Below are positions 52,776 to 64,000 of a DNA stretch of 64,000 bases, piece by piece (position 1 is the first letter of the stretch; each line of letters begins with the position of its first letter). Made by a program: the position numbers and the translations under genes. The stretch comes from Nymphaea colorata (lineage: Eukaryota). The stretch is from the NCBI RefSeq assembly GCF_008831285.2, contig NC_045138.2, positions 11,346,001-11,410,000 of the forward strand, read 5' to 3'. The notes beneath the pieces are model-generated. The model did not search any database, was not told where the DNA came from, and worked only from the letters and a program-made list of their open reading frames with translations.

Positions 52776-53555
52776 CACGTCGATAGAACACCCAAATTTC
52801 TCCCGAAACAAAAAAGTGCACCAACACCCAAATCAAAGCTGATAACAATGCCAAGAGGAATAGCACCAAAGCCCAACAAGAGTCTCAGGGGCTGTAACAC
52901 CCGGTGTCATAGGACGGCGACGCTAGGCGGCACAAACAACAAAGCAGGAGACAGTCGCCTGACCCACACAATAGACGCTGGGTACCTACAGTGACAAAGG
53001 GCAGCCACGGCAATTAGGAGCACACAGCAACTGGCGTGAGCAAAGGTGCTGGAACTCTACAGCAGATCCCATAGGAGAACACTGACGGAGGGAGTATAGG
53101 CAGCGCTAGACGAAAAGGGCAACACTGAACTGAACGAACAGGAACCGTCGGGCGGTGCAGAGACAGAGGGCTGTCGAGCGAGAGCAGGAAGCAAAAGAGG
53201 CGTCAGGTGAGTAACGACTAGAATCGTGCAGCAGAGAGAAGAGCATTGGCAGGCAGAACTGAGCAGAACTGGCGATGCTGAGTGGGGCGATGGTGGAGCA
53301 GGATACCACAACGGCAATCTCCGGTAGCGGCAGTATACCGCAGCAGTGATGTCTGGTGGCAGCACTGGTGTTAGGCAAAAGGACAATAGCAACGAAAACA
53401 GAGAGATGCCAGTGAGATGTCGAAACTTCACGGCAGCAGCATTCGCAGCAGCGACAGTGGTGGAGGCGGCGGCAGCAGCAGCGAGTGAGGGAACGGTCAG
53501 GACTAGAACTTCACGATCGCGAAAAAATTTCCCAAACTCGTTGGCTCTGATACCA

Positions 53556-53810
53556 TGTAGAAACACGAAAAATAGGAAAAAGGAATACGATGAGCACGAT
53601 GTAACGTGGAAAAACCCTCAATAAGAAGGGAAAAACCACAGATGAGGAGGAACTGGTGCTCACTAGCAACCAGACTCTCTCTCTCTTAAGATTTCATTAA
53701 CTCTCACAAAATTAGGGTTACAATCTTTAAGTAAGGCCCAACAAGGGCTACACGATGGATCAGGTATGGATCCAGACCCAGTCCCGAGACCCATCTAATA
53801 TGTTTCAACA
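53556..53810 (-). repeat. 5' LTR of Copia element
   Basis: TG...CA, adjacent to the iMet PBS. Confidence 0.92.
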
Positions 53811-54689
53811 GGCCCTAATGGTTGGGTGGTACCATTGGAATCAACTTAACGAAATGAGTTGATGGTACGACATGCGTCCTCATAGGCTGGACTATTCACT
53901 TAAAACTATGAAAATGTCCCTACATAAGCACACTAGGTAAACAATAATCTGATTGTCAAAATTAAACTCCATTTCTGTAGACATGCTTTAGAGATAGTGA
54001 GGAATCTGAATATGCATTAATAAATGCAAATGGATACAGTATGACTTGAAGAATCGCATTTTCCTTGTTTTTAACAAAATAAAGACTAATTTAAAAAATT
54101 TAAAACTATACAGCTATGCATAGGGTGACCTACATGAGCTACTGGTCATCCACATGGTCTTTGCTCCATCACAAGTATGTTATCTCTTTGTTCTCTTTTC
54201 TTCTTTCCCTCTCTTCTCTTTTCCTTCTCTCTTCTTTGTCATTCTCACTTCTCTCTCTCTTTTCCTTCTTCTCTCCCTCTATTTTTTCTTTCTTCACACT
54301 TAAAGCACCTACCTTGAAAGGGATGGTGCTCACTCTCTAATAGTTATCCTAAAGATAATGTAATATAATATATATTTTATTTTATTATTATTATTATATT
54401 TTATTATCTTATTTCATTAATAATCAAGCTCAACTTTAATTAATCTTGTTTAGCTATAAAACATGTTTAGCTTAATCAGTGCTTAGAATCTAATCTTTTA
54501 CTTCGACCAAAATTTCCATGTCAATTTCTGAAATTCCAATCTACAATTCTAATTTTACCCTTGACAATTTCAAAAATTCCCTTCATGCCCCCTAAGATAA
54601 ATTTATTATAATTTGCAATATACATGTTTGTTTCTCATTCTGATCGAACGTACATGAAGCATGCTTTGTGCTCTACTTCTGAGCATCCA

Positions 54690-55090
54690 AACTCTTATAG
54701 GTGAGCAACGTAATTCTGGGTAAATAAACATAAAAGCTTTTAATAAATGCATTAAAAAATGGAGGTCATACATCTTTGGCTGAGGAAGGGGACCATATTT
54801 TCTTGAGAGTTTCGCAATGAAGGGCGTTTTCATATTTGGTAAAAAGGACAAGCTCAATCCACAATATATTGGACATTTTGATATTCTAGAGAGGAATTCG
54901 AGGTGGAGGATAATCTTTCCTAGGAGGAAAAGCCCTTGGGTATTGTGGATGAGCAAGAACAAGAATGAAGACAATCCCAATTGTTAAAGCCAAATGGCAG
55001 CATCATGGAGTGGCACAGTGCACATGCAAACCTAAGGTCGAGATGCAGTCATGATACCCTCAATGCAGTATGATACCCTCAACTATTTGC
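54690..55090 (+). pseudogene. Tekay/Del integrase C-terminus and chromodomain remnant
   Basis: GDHIFLRVS / MKGVFIFGKKDKLNPQYIGHFDILER; EEKPLGIVD / TIPIVKAKWQHHG / YPQLF. Confidence 0.75.
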
Positions 55091-55137
55091 TCATCCTTAG
55101 AAAATTTCGTAGACCAATTTTCCAAGGGAATAGGAAA

Positions 55138-57400
55138 TAAAATGCCCTAGAATGTGGGTACTTTTTGAGCCCATACCTTTATATTCTTAAGCTACTTGTA
55201 TAAGTTGATAGTTGTAGAGGTCAACTTTCATGTGAATTGGAGTCTATAGATGAGACTAGTATAGATGTATAGAGCTCATGATCAGCTCTTCAACGATACT
55301 AACCATGCCAAAACTGGATTGTGGGAGGTGAAGAACTGGTCCATAGAACTTTGAGTTCATTAGAGAATTATGAAAAACTTAAATTCAATTTTTAATAATT
55401 GGTGAGCTACTTATCTGCAAATGTCGGGTACTCTTAAGAAAATTAATGCAAGATAGTATGTGGATTAGTAATTTGGTTAATCAGGGGATTAGTGATCAAA
55501 CAAGATTAACATACACGTAAGTATCATTAAGTATAGATTAACCTTAATTAATCTGAGATTAATTTGAACTATTCCATAATTAAAGGCTACTAAAAACCTT
55601 GGAGCTTAAATGGGAAAAGCTTAAAATCGTGGATAAAAATTGCTTGACCCCCATCACACACTCTGAGAGAAAGAGAGGAGAGAAAGAGAGAGAGAGAGAG
55701 GGAGGGAGAGAGAGAGAGAGAGGGAGAGAGAGAGAGGGAGAGAGAGAGAGAGGGGGAGAGAGAGAGTTTTGGCCAAGGGAGCAGGAGAAATCAGTGAGCT
55801 CAAGAATACTCATCTGAGAGTCTTTGGGCTCTTAAATCATTAAATATTAGAGTTATTTCAGGTATGGTGCCCTGGGGTTTCCTTTTTGCTCTCAGTATTG
55901 ATTTTGATTCATTTAATGCATAATTTTGCACTGCATAGAAATTGTGCCTTTTTCTAGTGCTATACAAATTGCTATCATTTATTTGACAAGAAACAATGTA
56001 GTGGAGGTGATTATACAAACCCCAAACTGGCTAGTTTATGAAATAGCAATTTGGGGCTTGTTGTTTGAGAAGTTTACCTCACAGACACATTCTATGTGTC
56101 GAAAGATGGTAGAGAGGGCAGGAATTGGGTTATATTTGTTGCAAGACTTGTTTTGAGTTTCTTACATGCTATGTATACATGTCTCTTATGATATCTTATG
56201 TAGGTGTACTTGGGATATATGATAAGTGGAGGCTAAAGTTGTGGTTGGCGCAATTATGATATATAAGTGAGGTTGACCTTTCTAAGAGGCCTGATGGGCT
56301 GCATATGTTTAGATAGACAGGTTAGCTGTGGCTACGTGGTTGTATTTTCAAGCATACAAGTCTAATTGTGTACCATGTTGAGTTTATGTGACCTTGATGT
56401 GCTGTTTTGTTTTAGTGGTTTCTAATTGATGATCTAATGTTGCAAATCTAAGTATAAGGTGGACGTAGAGCTATGGCCTCGGCCAGATTTAGCGTAAATG
56501 TACCATACCTGGATATCAGTCAAGCCCATTCTAAAAAGGGTTGGGTTGGTATTGCAGGGTCTTAGGTTTCGAGAACAAACTCATCGAGAATGAAGCATAT
56601 TGTGAAGTACTCCTCACCAGGGCTCTAGCAAGGAGTCCATCTCCATATAAAGTACGAGATGTGGTACAACAGAAGCTATAGCTGAGCTCAGCCTAGTTGG
56701 GAGTTACAACAAGGTTATCCCAAGTTTTACTATTCCTAGTGACTCAGTTGTTGTGTATGATGACCGTAAGCTATACAATGGTGTTGTGGAGCTATAGGTT
56801 CCATTAAAATGCTATTTATTGCTAAGCTGGAAAACCTCGTGCATTTCTATTATACCTATGCTATTTATGTTTGATTGGATGATGTATGTGTGGACCTTAG
56901 GGATATGCCTTACTCATAGTTGTCTTTGATGCTTGTTGATGTTTGTTTTCACGTACTCACCCTAAGGAGGATGATGCCTCAAGATTGTAATAATGTCGGG
57001 ATAGAAGGTGATCCTTGGGCAGTATGACCGACACTAGTCCTTGCCCAGTTTTGGTCATGAACATGTTTTGTGTACATATGGCCTTGTAAAGTATTGCCAT
57101 TTTGTATAGTTATCATGTTATGATGTATCAATATTTATGTTTTGGCTATGGGATATTGTGTTTTTTGTACAGTACACCCACTGATGCATCACTCTAATAG
57201 AGTATAGCATATATAAGCATAGGATAGGTCGAGCCATGCATCAATTACACTAGCTGCTTTTATATTGTGTCATAGGACAGGTTGTTCTATTCACCAATTA
57301 CAAAAGCAAACCAGATACACTATGCATGCATCACATAGATTGCACCATGTTTGTACAAAATGAATGGTTGTGGGTATCGTCATTTATGGGTTGCATCACT
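55138..57400 (+). mobile_element. Tekay/Del 3' LTR (decayed)
   Basis: Preceded by an AATTTCG...AATTTT motif and purine tract AAGGGAATAGGAAA; begins TAAAATGCCCTAG (cf. TGTAATGCCCTA). Homologous to 20470-25810. Right end approximate. Confidence 0.65.
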
Positions 57401-60400
57401 TCATAGAGTGGATAAAAATCATTCTTTATTCTCATTTAGTGTTGTTGAGTGATGATACAGAGAACAATTATGTTTGCCCTGAGCCCACCTCTCAACCCTC
57501 ATTTTGTTATGTCTTGCCTGATTTGCTTGAACTAGTTTAGATCATCCTTTCCTTACAGATTGATACTAGGACCCTACAACCAGTTGGTTGTCAAAGTCAT
57601 TGACATTTCTAAAACTTTGATTTAGTTAGTTTCATTGGACTTCTCTTCATAGTTGATATCACAGGTTCATTGACATCTTCTCATTCAATTGCCTTCAAAA
57701 CAATTAGGAATTATTCTTCTCCCGAGAAAATATTGAAGTCACAATGTCGCCCTTTTAGGAGAAAACATTTGAAAGTCATATGATGGTTTCATCATCAAAT
57801 GTTATCTTTAAGTTAAAAAGCTCCAAATCTAAAAGTTCATCTCACAAAACAAAAGTCTTGAAAGCTTTGAAAATTTTAAAATCTCTGTGCACTGATGCAC
57901 AAGATCTGAGCACAAAAGTGCAAAGTTTGAGTGTCATATTAGAAGTTCTTGTGCTGAATTATGAGTTCCTTTCATAGAAGCACGACTTCCATATATCTAA
58001 ATATGAGTTATATATGCCAATTCACAAGTTCCCTTTGCTGAAGCACAAGTTCCATGCACCGAAGTATCATTCTATGAACACTTTTTTTTTCTTCTTTTTT
58101 TTTCAAATTTTCAACTTTCTTTTGCTGTTTATTTTTCTTCTGATTTCTTGGTTGGCTGCTTTGTATCTTTTCTTTCAGTACTTGATTTTTTCTTTTTCTT
58201 TTTCTTTTTTCTTTCTTTTATCAGGTCAATCTTCACTTTTGAGGGAAATACCTTACTACCCAAAGGCTACTACAAAGCTCTGCTACTTTGGTGATTGTAC
58301 ATAACATTGTCGTTGTCGTATGCAGTTTTATGCCATACAAGCTTTGCACTAACTCCCAAAAATAGTTAGCCTTCGGGTTGTAGAACACCCATGTTCTTAC
58401 TTGCTCAAGTTCAACATGCTTAAGTAGTATGACAAGACAAAATTTCATAGGTCACATAACTTTGTAGAGTGGAAACACATTAAGCTTTACACCCATCTGG
58501 TACTCTTGAGTTTTGTCCTGGAGGAATGGCCATACTTGTCTCAAGGCCACCTCTTAACACTCATTTCATCACATCTCGTCTACTTCACTTAGACTTACTT
58601 AGATCATTGTTCTCAAACAAATTCTTGCTACATCCCTATACCCACTTGGTTATCAAAGTTAATGACATTTTCTGAACTTTCTTTTCCTCAATTTCAGTTG
58701 ATTCTGCCCCATGACTAATATCATAGTCTTATTGAGACCTTTATTTTCGATTACCCTAAACAACAATTAGAAATTTTTCTTCTCTTAAGAAGATATAAAA
58801 GTCATGGTGTAGGCATCCTAACATTTTCACTACCAAAATGATTATTTTGTCTATTTTTAATAGAGATTTTCTACTGATTTTTACTTAAATATTTTTCAAA
58901 TACCAAGGCCAAACATCACATAGACGTGGATTTCATAATCCAAATGCTGAGTAGATGGACCTAGATCACCTATCTATTGTTAGTAAAAAATGACCATGTT
59001 ACCCCTGATCACACTTTATTTGCCTTACATTTTTTCTAATTTTATGAACAACTATGGAAGTCAATTTTATGATCACACCTATCTATGTTTTATTAATCCA
59101 ATTAATATTCATATTTGAAAATCACGAGCTTCCACATCCCATTTTCTAGCTCACTTTTGGTCAAATTATGCTGAAGTGGCCTATTTCTGCTGTTTTAGCA
59201 ATTGTTTCACACCATAAACACATGTTGATCTCAGCAACTTCATCTTCAAAACTTTCTTAGTGTCAACATACTATTTTTGAGTCATACCCCCAATTTCCAA
59301 AGCCATTATAAACCTTTAATTTCCCTCCTTTAAAATAAAATGAACTCATTTGGTCAGTGATTTACTAAATTGTCAGCAATGATACCTCATCAATCTCCGC
59401 ATAGATCACATAAAATCTTTTTAGTAATAGGAGAGTATTATCAAAATTACTTTCCACTCACTCATCCTGATTTGAGCTCTAGATAGTTGTCATGATATCA
59501 GAGTCACTTTCTATGCTTTATTTTTTAGTGTCTCACATGAAATTCTCTTAATTTGTGGCTGGTCATCTTGTGCTAAGCTGACAACATGATCTTTAATATC
59601 AGAACTGACTATTTTTCGCTCTATTCAAGTTAATTTATCATAGTCTAGCTCATTTTTTATTTTCACTCATTTCTCCCATATGTCTAGAGCACTCAATGTA
59701 AGCTCAAACTTTTGAGCTGAAATTCTCACAATCTAGGAGTCAGATTTATGATTTCTTTGAATCAATGTGATTGAGCACACTTCAACAGAGTATTATCATC
59801 TTCAATTATATGAGATCATATCTAGATCACACAATTTGTCACTACCCGTGACTGCTCTACCTTGTCCAAATTTGGACATTGTTGATTTTGGTTTTAGAGC
59901 TAAATTCCAATCAATCCATGATTCTAATTTCCAATCCAAGTGCACTGATGGATCCAACATCACTCAAAGAGAGCAGTAGTGCATCCATTCAACACAAACA
60001 AGGTCAAAATATCTGTTTCTCATTTCACCCGTCACATTTACATTTTTCAGCTTGGTCATGTTTGAAAATTGTGTTTTTCTAAGGGCAAAATCAAATCATT
60101 TTCCACGAAACTTCATATAAACTTAATGTTTTGTGTTGTCTATGATTATGCACAGTCAAAGTGGGCACCTTGGCCTATAAAACATGATTTCTGTGTAAGG
60201 GGAAAAAAATATCATTTTTCAAATGTGCATCATTTTCATATCCTAAGTTAGGAGCCACCTAATTTAACTTTTATGTGTTTTATATGCTAGACCAAAACCC
60301 AGCATGGCTGACGTAGGGTTTGAACCTGCTCTAAACCCAGTTTAGGTCAAAAGCTGAACTAAGATACATAGAGTAGTTCAACATGTATCTAGATACACTA

Positions 60401-60859
60401 ACCATGAGCGGTAGACTGACATCTTGCTAACAGGACCATTCTTTCTCATGCCCTACCTACTAGAGAGATGCATAGATCAGTTATCCAAAATATAGTTGTT
60501 TTCTTTTGGCATACCAAAAGGGGATCCTACTATCATCAATTGACATCAATGTTTAGAAGATTGAAAGAATGCTAGTGGCTTAGAAGCAGCAAATTGGTCA
60601 GCAGTCTAGATGGACGGTCTTGGTCATGGTAGACCTTGTAGGTCTAGATTGTACATGACATGGTGGAGTAGTGTTGGTTTTAGTTCTTACTATTATTAAG
60701 TCTATTGATACGTTCCAAACATGTTGAATAAATTATATTTTAGTTTTTATTCTCTCCTTCATTATGTGTCGTCTGCTTCTTGTATCAGTGCACATTCTCA
60801 TTGCTCCCAACTTGTCATACAATTTTAATATGTGAAAGCAAAACAATTGACAAACCAAC

Positions 60860-63200
60860 ATGCCTCCCAAGAGAACCAATGCTAATGATAATGCCAATGA
60901 AGAAACTACAAATAAAGAAGTAAATGGAACAAGAGAAGTTAATATGATACTCTTAGCAGCCATTAGGCAAATGATTGAGTAAATGATGCAAGAACTAAGC
61001 ATAAAAGATCATAATACTCATAGAAACAATGATCCTGAAGGCTTTCAAGCAAGAGATACTGTAAATAATGATAATAATGTTACAAGGGAGCGAAGAAGTA
61101 ATGAAGGAGGATGTAACCATCGCAGTGCTGACAATACTATTGGTGGAGTACTAGAAAACCCCACAGGAAGGACTTCTGTGAGGGCCTGGATGATGAGGAT
61201 CTAGAAGGGCTTCCTATAAACGTCAGCAAATTCAAAGGAGCTGAAAATTCTCATACCCATCTTAAAATCTTTTTTTGCTGAATGTGGCAAATTCTGTGAT
61301 AGCAACAATGTTCTCTTTATTTGCTTTCCCAAGAGCCTAGAAGGAAAAGCCACTCAATGGTATTTGAAAACTATTGACCCAACTCAAATTAAGTACTTTG
61401 ATGAAGTGGACAATGCTTTCATTAAAAAATATGAAGTCAATCTCTGAGTAGTTTCGATGTTAGTTACTCTCATGGCTCTTTGTTAAGAATCAGGAGAATT
61501 AGTTCGAGATTACATTTAAAGGTGGCATACAACTAGTTGAAACTCGGAACCCCTATGCCCGAAGTTCACGCACTCACCACAATACTCAGAGAATTTAAAG
61601 AGGATGTAAGGCTCCATCTAAAGCATAGACCAATCAATAGTCAAGCAAGAAAGAAGATAAGAAACCAAGAAAATCTCAGGCCCATGCCATTTTCACTATA
61701 AAGACTGGTAACACTTTCACCACAGGGCCCCAAAGCTGCAGATTGAGCCAGTGTCAATAAAGTACAAATTAAAGACACTCAAAGGGACATAATAGGAGGC
61801 ACAAACTTCAAAAAGGCCATATATTGGAACAAGGATAAAAAATTTATTCCTATTGAGCAAGGCAAAGAATAATTCTTGGAATTACTCTTAAAGCAAAATT
61901 TATGCCAGTTACCCAAGGTGGCTGATCATCTAGAAATGAAAGGAAAACATTGAGACCAGTTCTCCAAGTTTCAAAGAGCCTTGGAACATCACAAATGATG
62001 GGATAAGTTTTAAGCACGTTCTTCATAACTGTGTTGACAAATGAATCATAGTGCTAGAAGTAGATGCCCCAAAGGTAATAAATGATCCTTTTCCTAAGTC
62101 TGAAACTAAAGAAATGAATGCAATTGGCATGTTCTCATTGATACCAAAGCCACATCCAGCCATGCACTCATAAAGAAATGATAGCAATAGTGGTCATTAT
62201 AAGCTAGCCACACCAAACATTATCCAAGCTCTGAACATGCAAAAAACAACACTTGGTCTCCAGGCCAATCAGCCGAAACCCATTTCCAAGCTGATTTACA
62301 ATCCAAGAGGATCGCCATAAAGCAGACAAGCAAATGGCCAAATAGCTCGAATGCTTCCAAGCAACTAAAGAAAAAGTGGAAAGTAAAGTTCTCAATGCCC
62401 TTCTCAGTGTATTAGTACTATAATTGATAAATGTTTCTATAGGGAACCGCTAGGGACTATAAGAACTATTGGTAAGAATTAAGCTAAATAAAGCACTGCT
62501 CCCGAGACACTTGCACAAATAGTAAATTCAATGATGACCAATGGCCCCATCACCTTCTCTCAGGATATTAGCCCAAGCCAAACCAGTTACACAATAATGC
62601 ATTATATATTGTAGTACGTGCATGTCAGGTGATATGATGACTAAAGCCTTGGGCCTCAAAATAGAAGATTACACTCTAGATGATAAGGTGATTTTCAGAT
62701 TTGATTGAAGTGGACAAACATGAAAGACAAGATTTACTTATACCTTTGGATCAATTACATAGTGCATTCTGTCTTCTTCTATGAATCCGCAAAGCAAATG
62801 CCATACCCATCATTTTATACAAGTGTATAAAATGAAACCACGGCAAAATAATCACCAAAATACTAGTTGAGAACCCTAAAGAAATGTTACTGAAACCTAT
62901 GATCCCTAGGTTTTACGATATCCAGCTTCTAGTATATGTTACAGTGAAGAGATCTATTTGGAGGAATCAGAAACACATGTAAATCAAGTTGAGTGGAAGA
63001 GACCTACCTTTTACAAAACGGGATTAAAATCCACCTTGCACCTCTCATAGATCACCTGATGTACAAGCAATTCAGTGAAGCCCTCCAAGGGTTACACATG
63101 ATGATTAGTATGATCTACAAATCTTACAAAGATCTAGGAGCAAAGTAAGATGGATCACTTGAACCTCTTGCTAGGGTAGATAATTGGCCAACATAATACT
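60860..63200 (+). pseudogene. Ancient Ogre-like gag-protease-G-patch relic
   Basis: MPPKRTN start; FKGAENSHTHL, FPKSLEGKATQWY, WNKDKKFIP, NDPFPK, PITFSQ, HNNALYIVV and GLHMMISMIYKSYKDLGAK*DGSLEP occur in the same order as the motifs at 36869-39600. Confidence 0.7.
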
Positions 63201-63482
63201 ACAAGACTTGGACAAAAGAGGATGGCTTCTAACAAAAAGACTAAGAAGAAAAACAAGAAGGAGCATGCAAGATGACAAAATTAGTTTATCATTAGGGTAT
63301 TTTGCTTTCCTTGTTTGGTTTCATTCCATGTCTTAGCCCCATAGAGTTGTAAGGATGTGGGATTCCTGTCTTCCCTTTTAAACATCAATAAAATACATTT
63401 ATTATCTATGTTTCCATTCGTCCTCCATCCATTCTTATATGCCTATTTTTGTTCATTTTTCTCTAATCATATAGGAATCACT

Positions 63483-64000
63483 ATGGCCCCATATCCCATT
63501 TGCAAAACTATGGCTGTATTCAAATTCAAAAGGTTGAATGTAGAGAAGATAATGTAGGCAATAGCCTAGGCTGCACCAAGCCTACTAGACGGTCTTCCCA
63601 GGGAAGTTGTTGCCAAGATAGTCTCATCCATTCCTACTAAGCAAGCTACAAACTTACCTTGGCTAAAGAATCAAGAAGATTTGTGTACCTTGTCATTGAC
63701 TGTGAATGTGGAGCAGGCTGCTGCTTGAGTAGGGTTGGATCGACAACAAAGTTATTCACAATATTTGTATGACGCTGCCATGTTTTGTGAACAAAAAAGA
63801 CTTACCTTTCTCAAAAAACATAAGATAATTGAACTGATGGAGTACATGGTTTTTCATGGTGACATGAAGATTTTTTGGCTGCAAGTCATCATTGACAAAA
63901 AATTCAGATTTTGCCTCAATAGATGATTCTGGTTCAACCTAAGAAGAAATGTAAAAGAATTAGAGTTAGAGCTCAAAGCCTTCAGATAGGATGGATCGCC
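63483..64000 (+). pseudogene. F-box/LRR(FBD-class)-like pseudogene fragment, runs off the window
   Basis: One frame from ATG 63483: LLDGLPREVVAKIVSSIPTKQA (F-box-like), FHGDMKIFWLQV and LNR*FWFNLRRNVKELELEL (LRR-like); in-frame TAG/TGA stops. Confidence 0.6.

Larger units (their letters stand above)
50021..53810 (-). mobile_element. Internally deleted (non-autonomous) Ty1/Copia element, 3790 bp
   Basis: LTRs 53556-53810 and 50021-50266; TSD GGCCC (50016-50020, 53811-53815); PBS TGGTATCAGAGCC (tRNA-iMet) at 53543-53555; PPT GAGGGGGAG at ~50267-50275. Confidence 0.93.

Noticed and set aside
53057..53624. Ala-rich ORFs on both strands
   Set aside because: GC-rich Copia leader with few stops; no gag or other domain motifs.
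48694..54690. LTR-like non-coding insertion(s) in the Tekay integrase, with GGGTGTTACA at 49114-49123
   Set aside because: Probably LTR fragments, but ends and TSD could not be defined.

Overview
Plant (angiosperm-type) nuclear DNA, mostly nested retrotransposons. The one intact host gene is ALG13 (UDP-GlcNAc transferase subunit, minus strand, coding exons 10205-10026, 8590-8491, 8146-7890; 178 aa). From ~20.5 to ~57.4 kb lies a decayed Tekay/Del chromovirus scaffold carrying four insertions: a 3.1-kb solo LTR, a 5'-truncated Copia (itself hit by an hAT-type MITE), a complete 15.7-kb Ogre/Tat-type Gypsy (31150-46850, TSD GTAAT) and a 3.8-kb internally deleted Copia (TSD GGCCC). The Ogre-type element carries a Plant Mobile Domain extra ORF, a G-patch, an intron whose removal fuses protease to RT in frame, two RNase H domains, tandem hairpins in its LTRs and a 3' UTR array of seven units that each fit an H-type pseudoknot with compensatory changes. 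At the right edge a second, older Ogre-like gag-protease-G-patch relic is followed, where RT should be, by an F-box/LRR-like reading frame. All calls were made by eye; no searches or folding programs were run.
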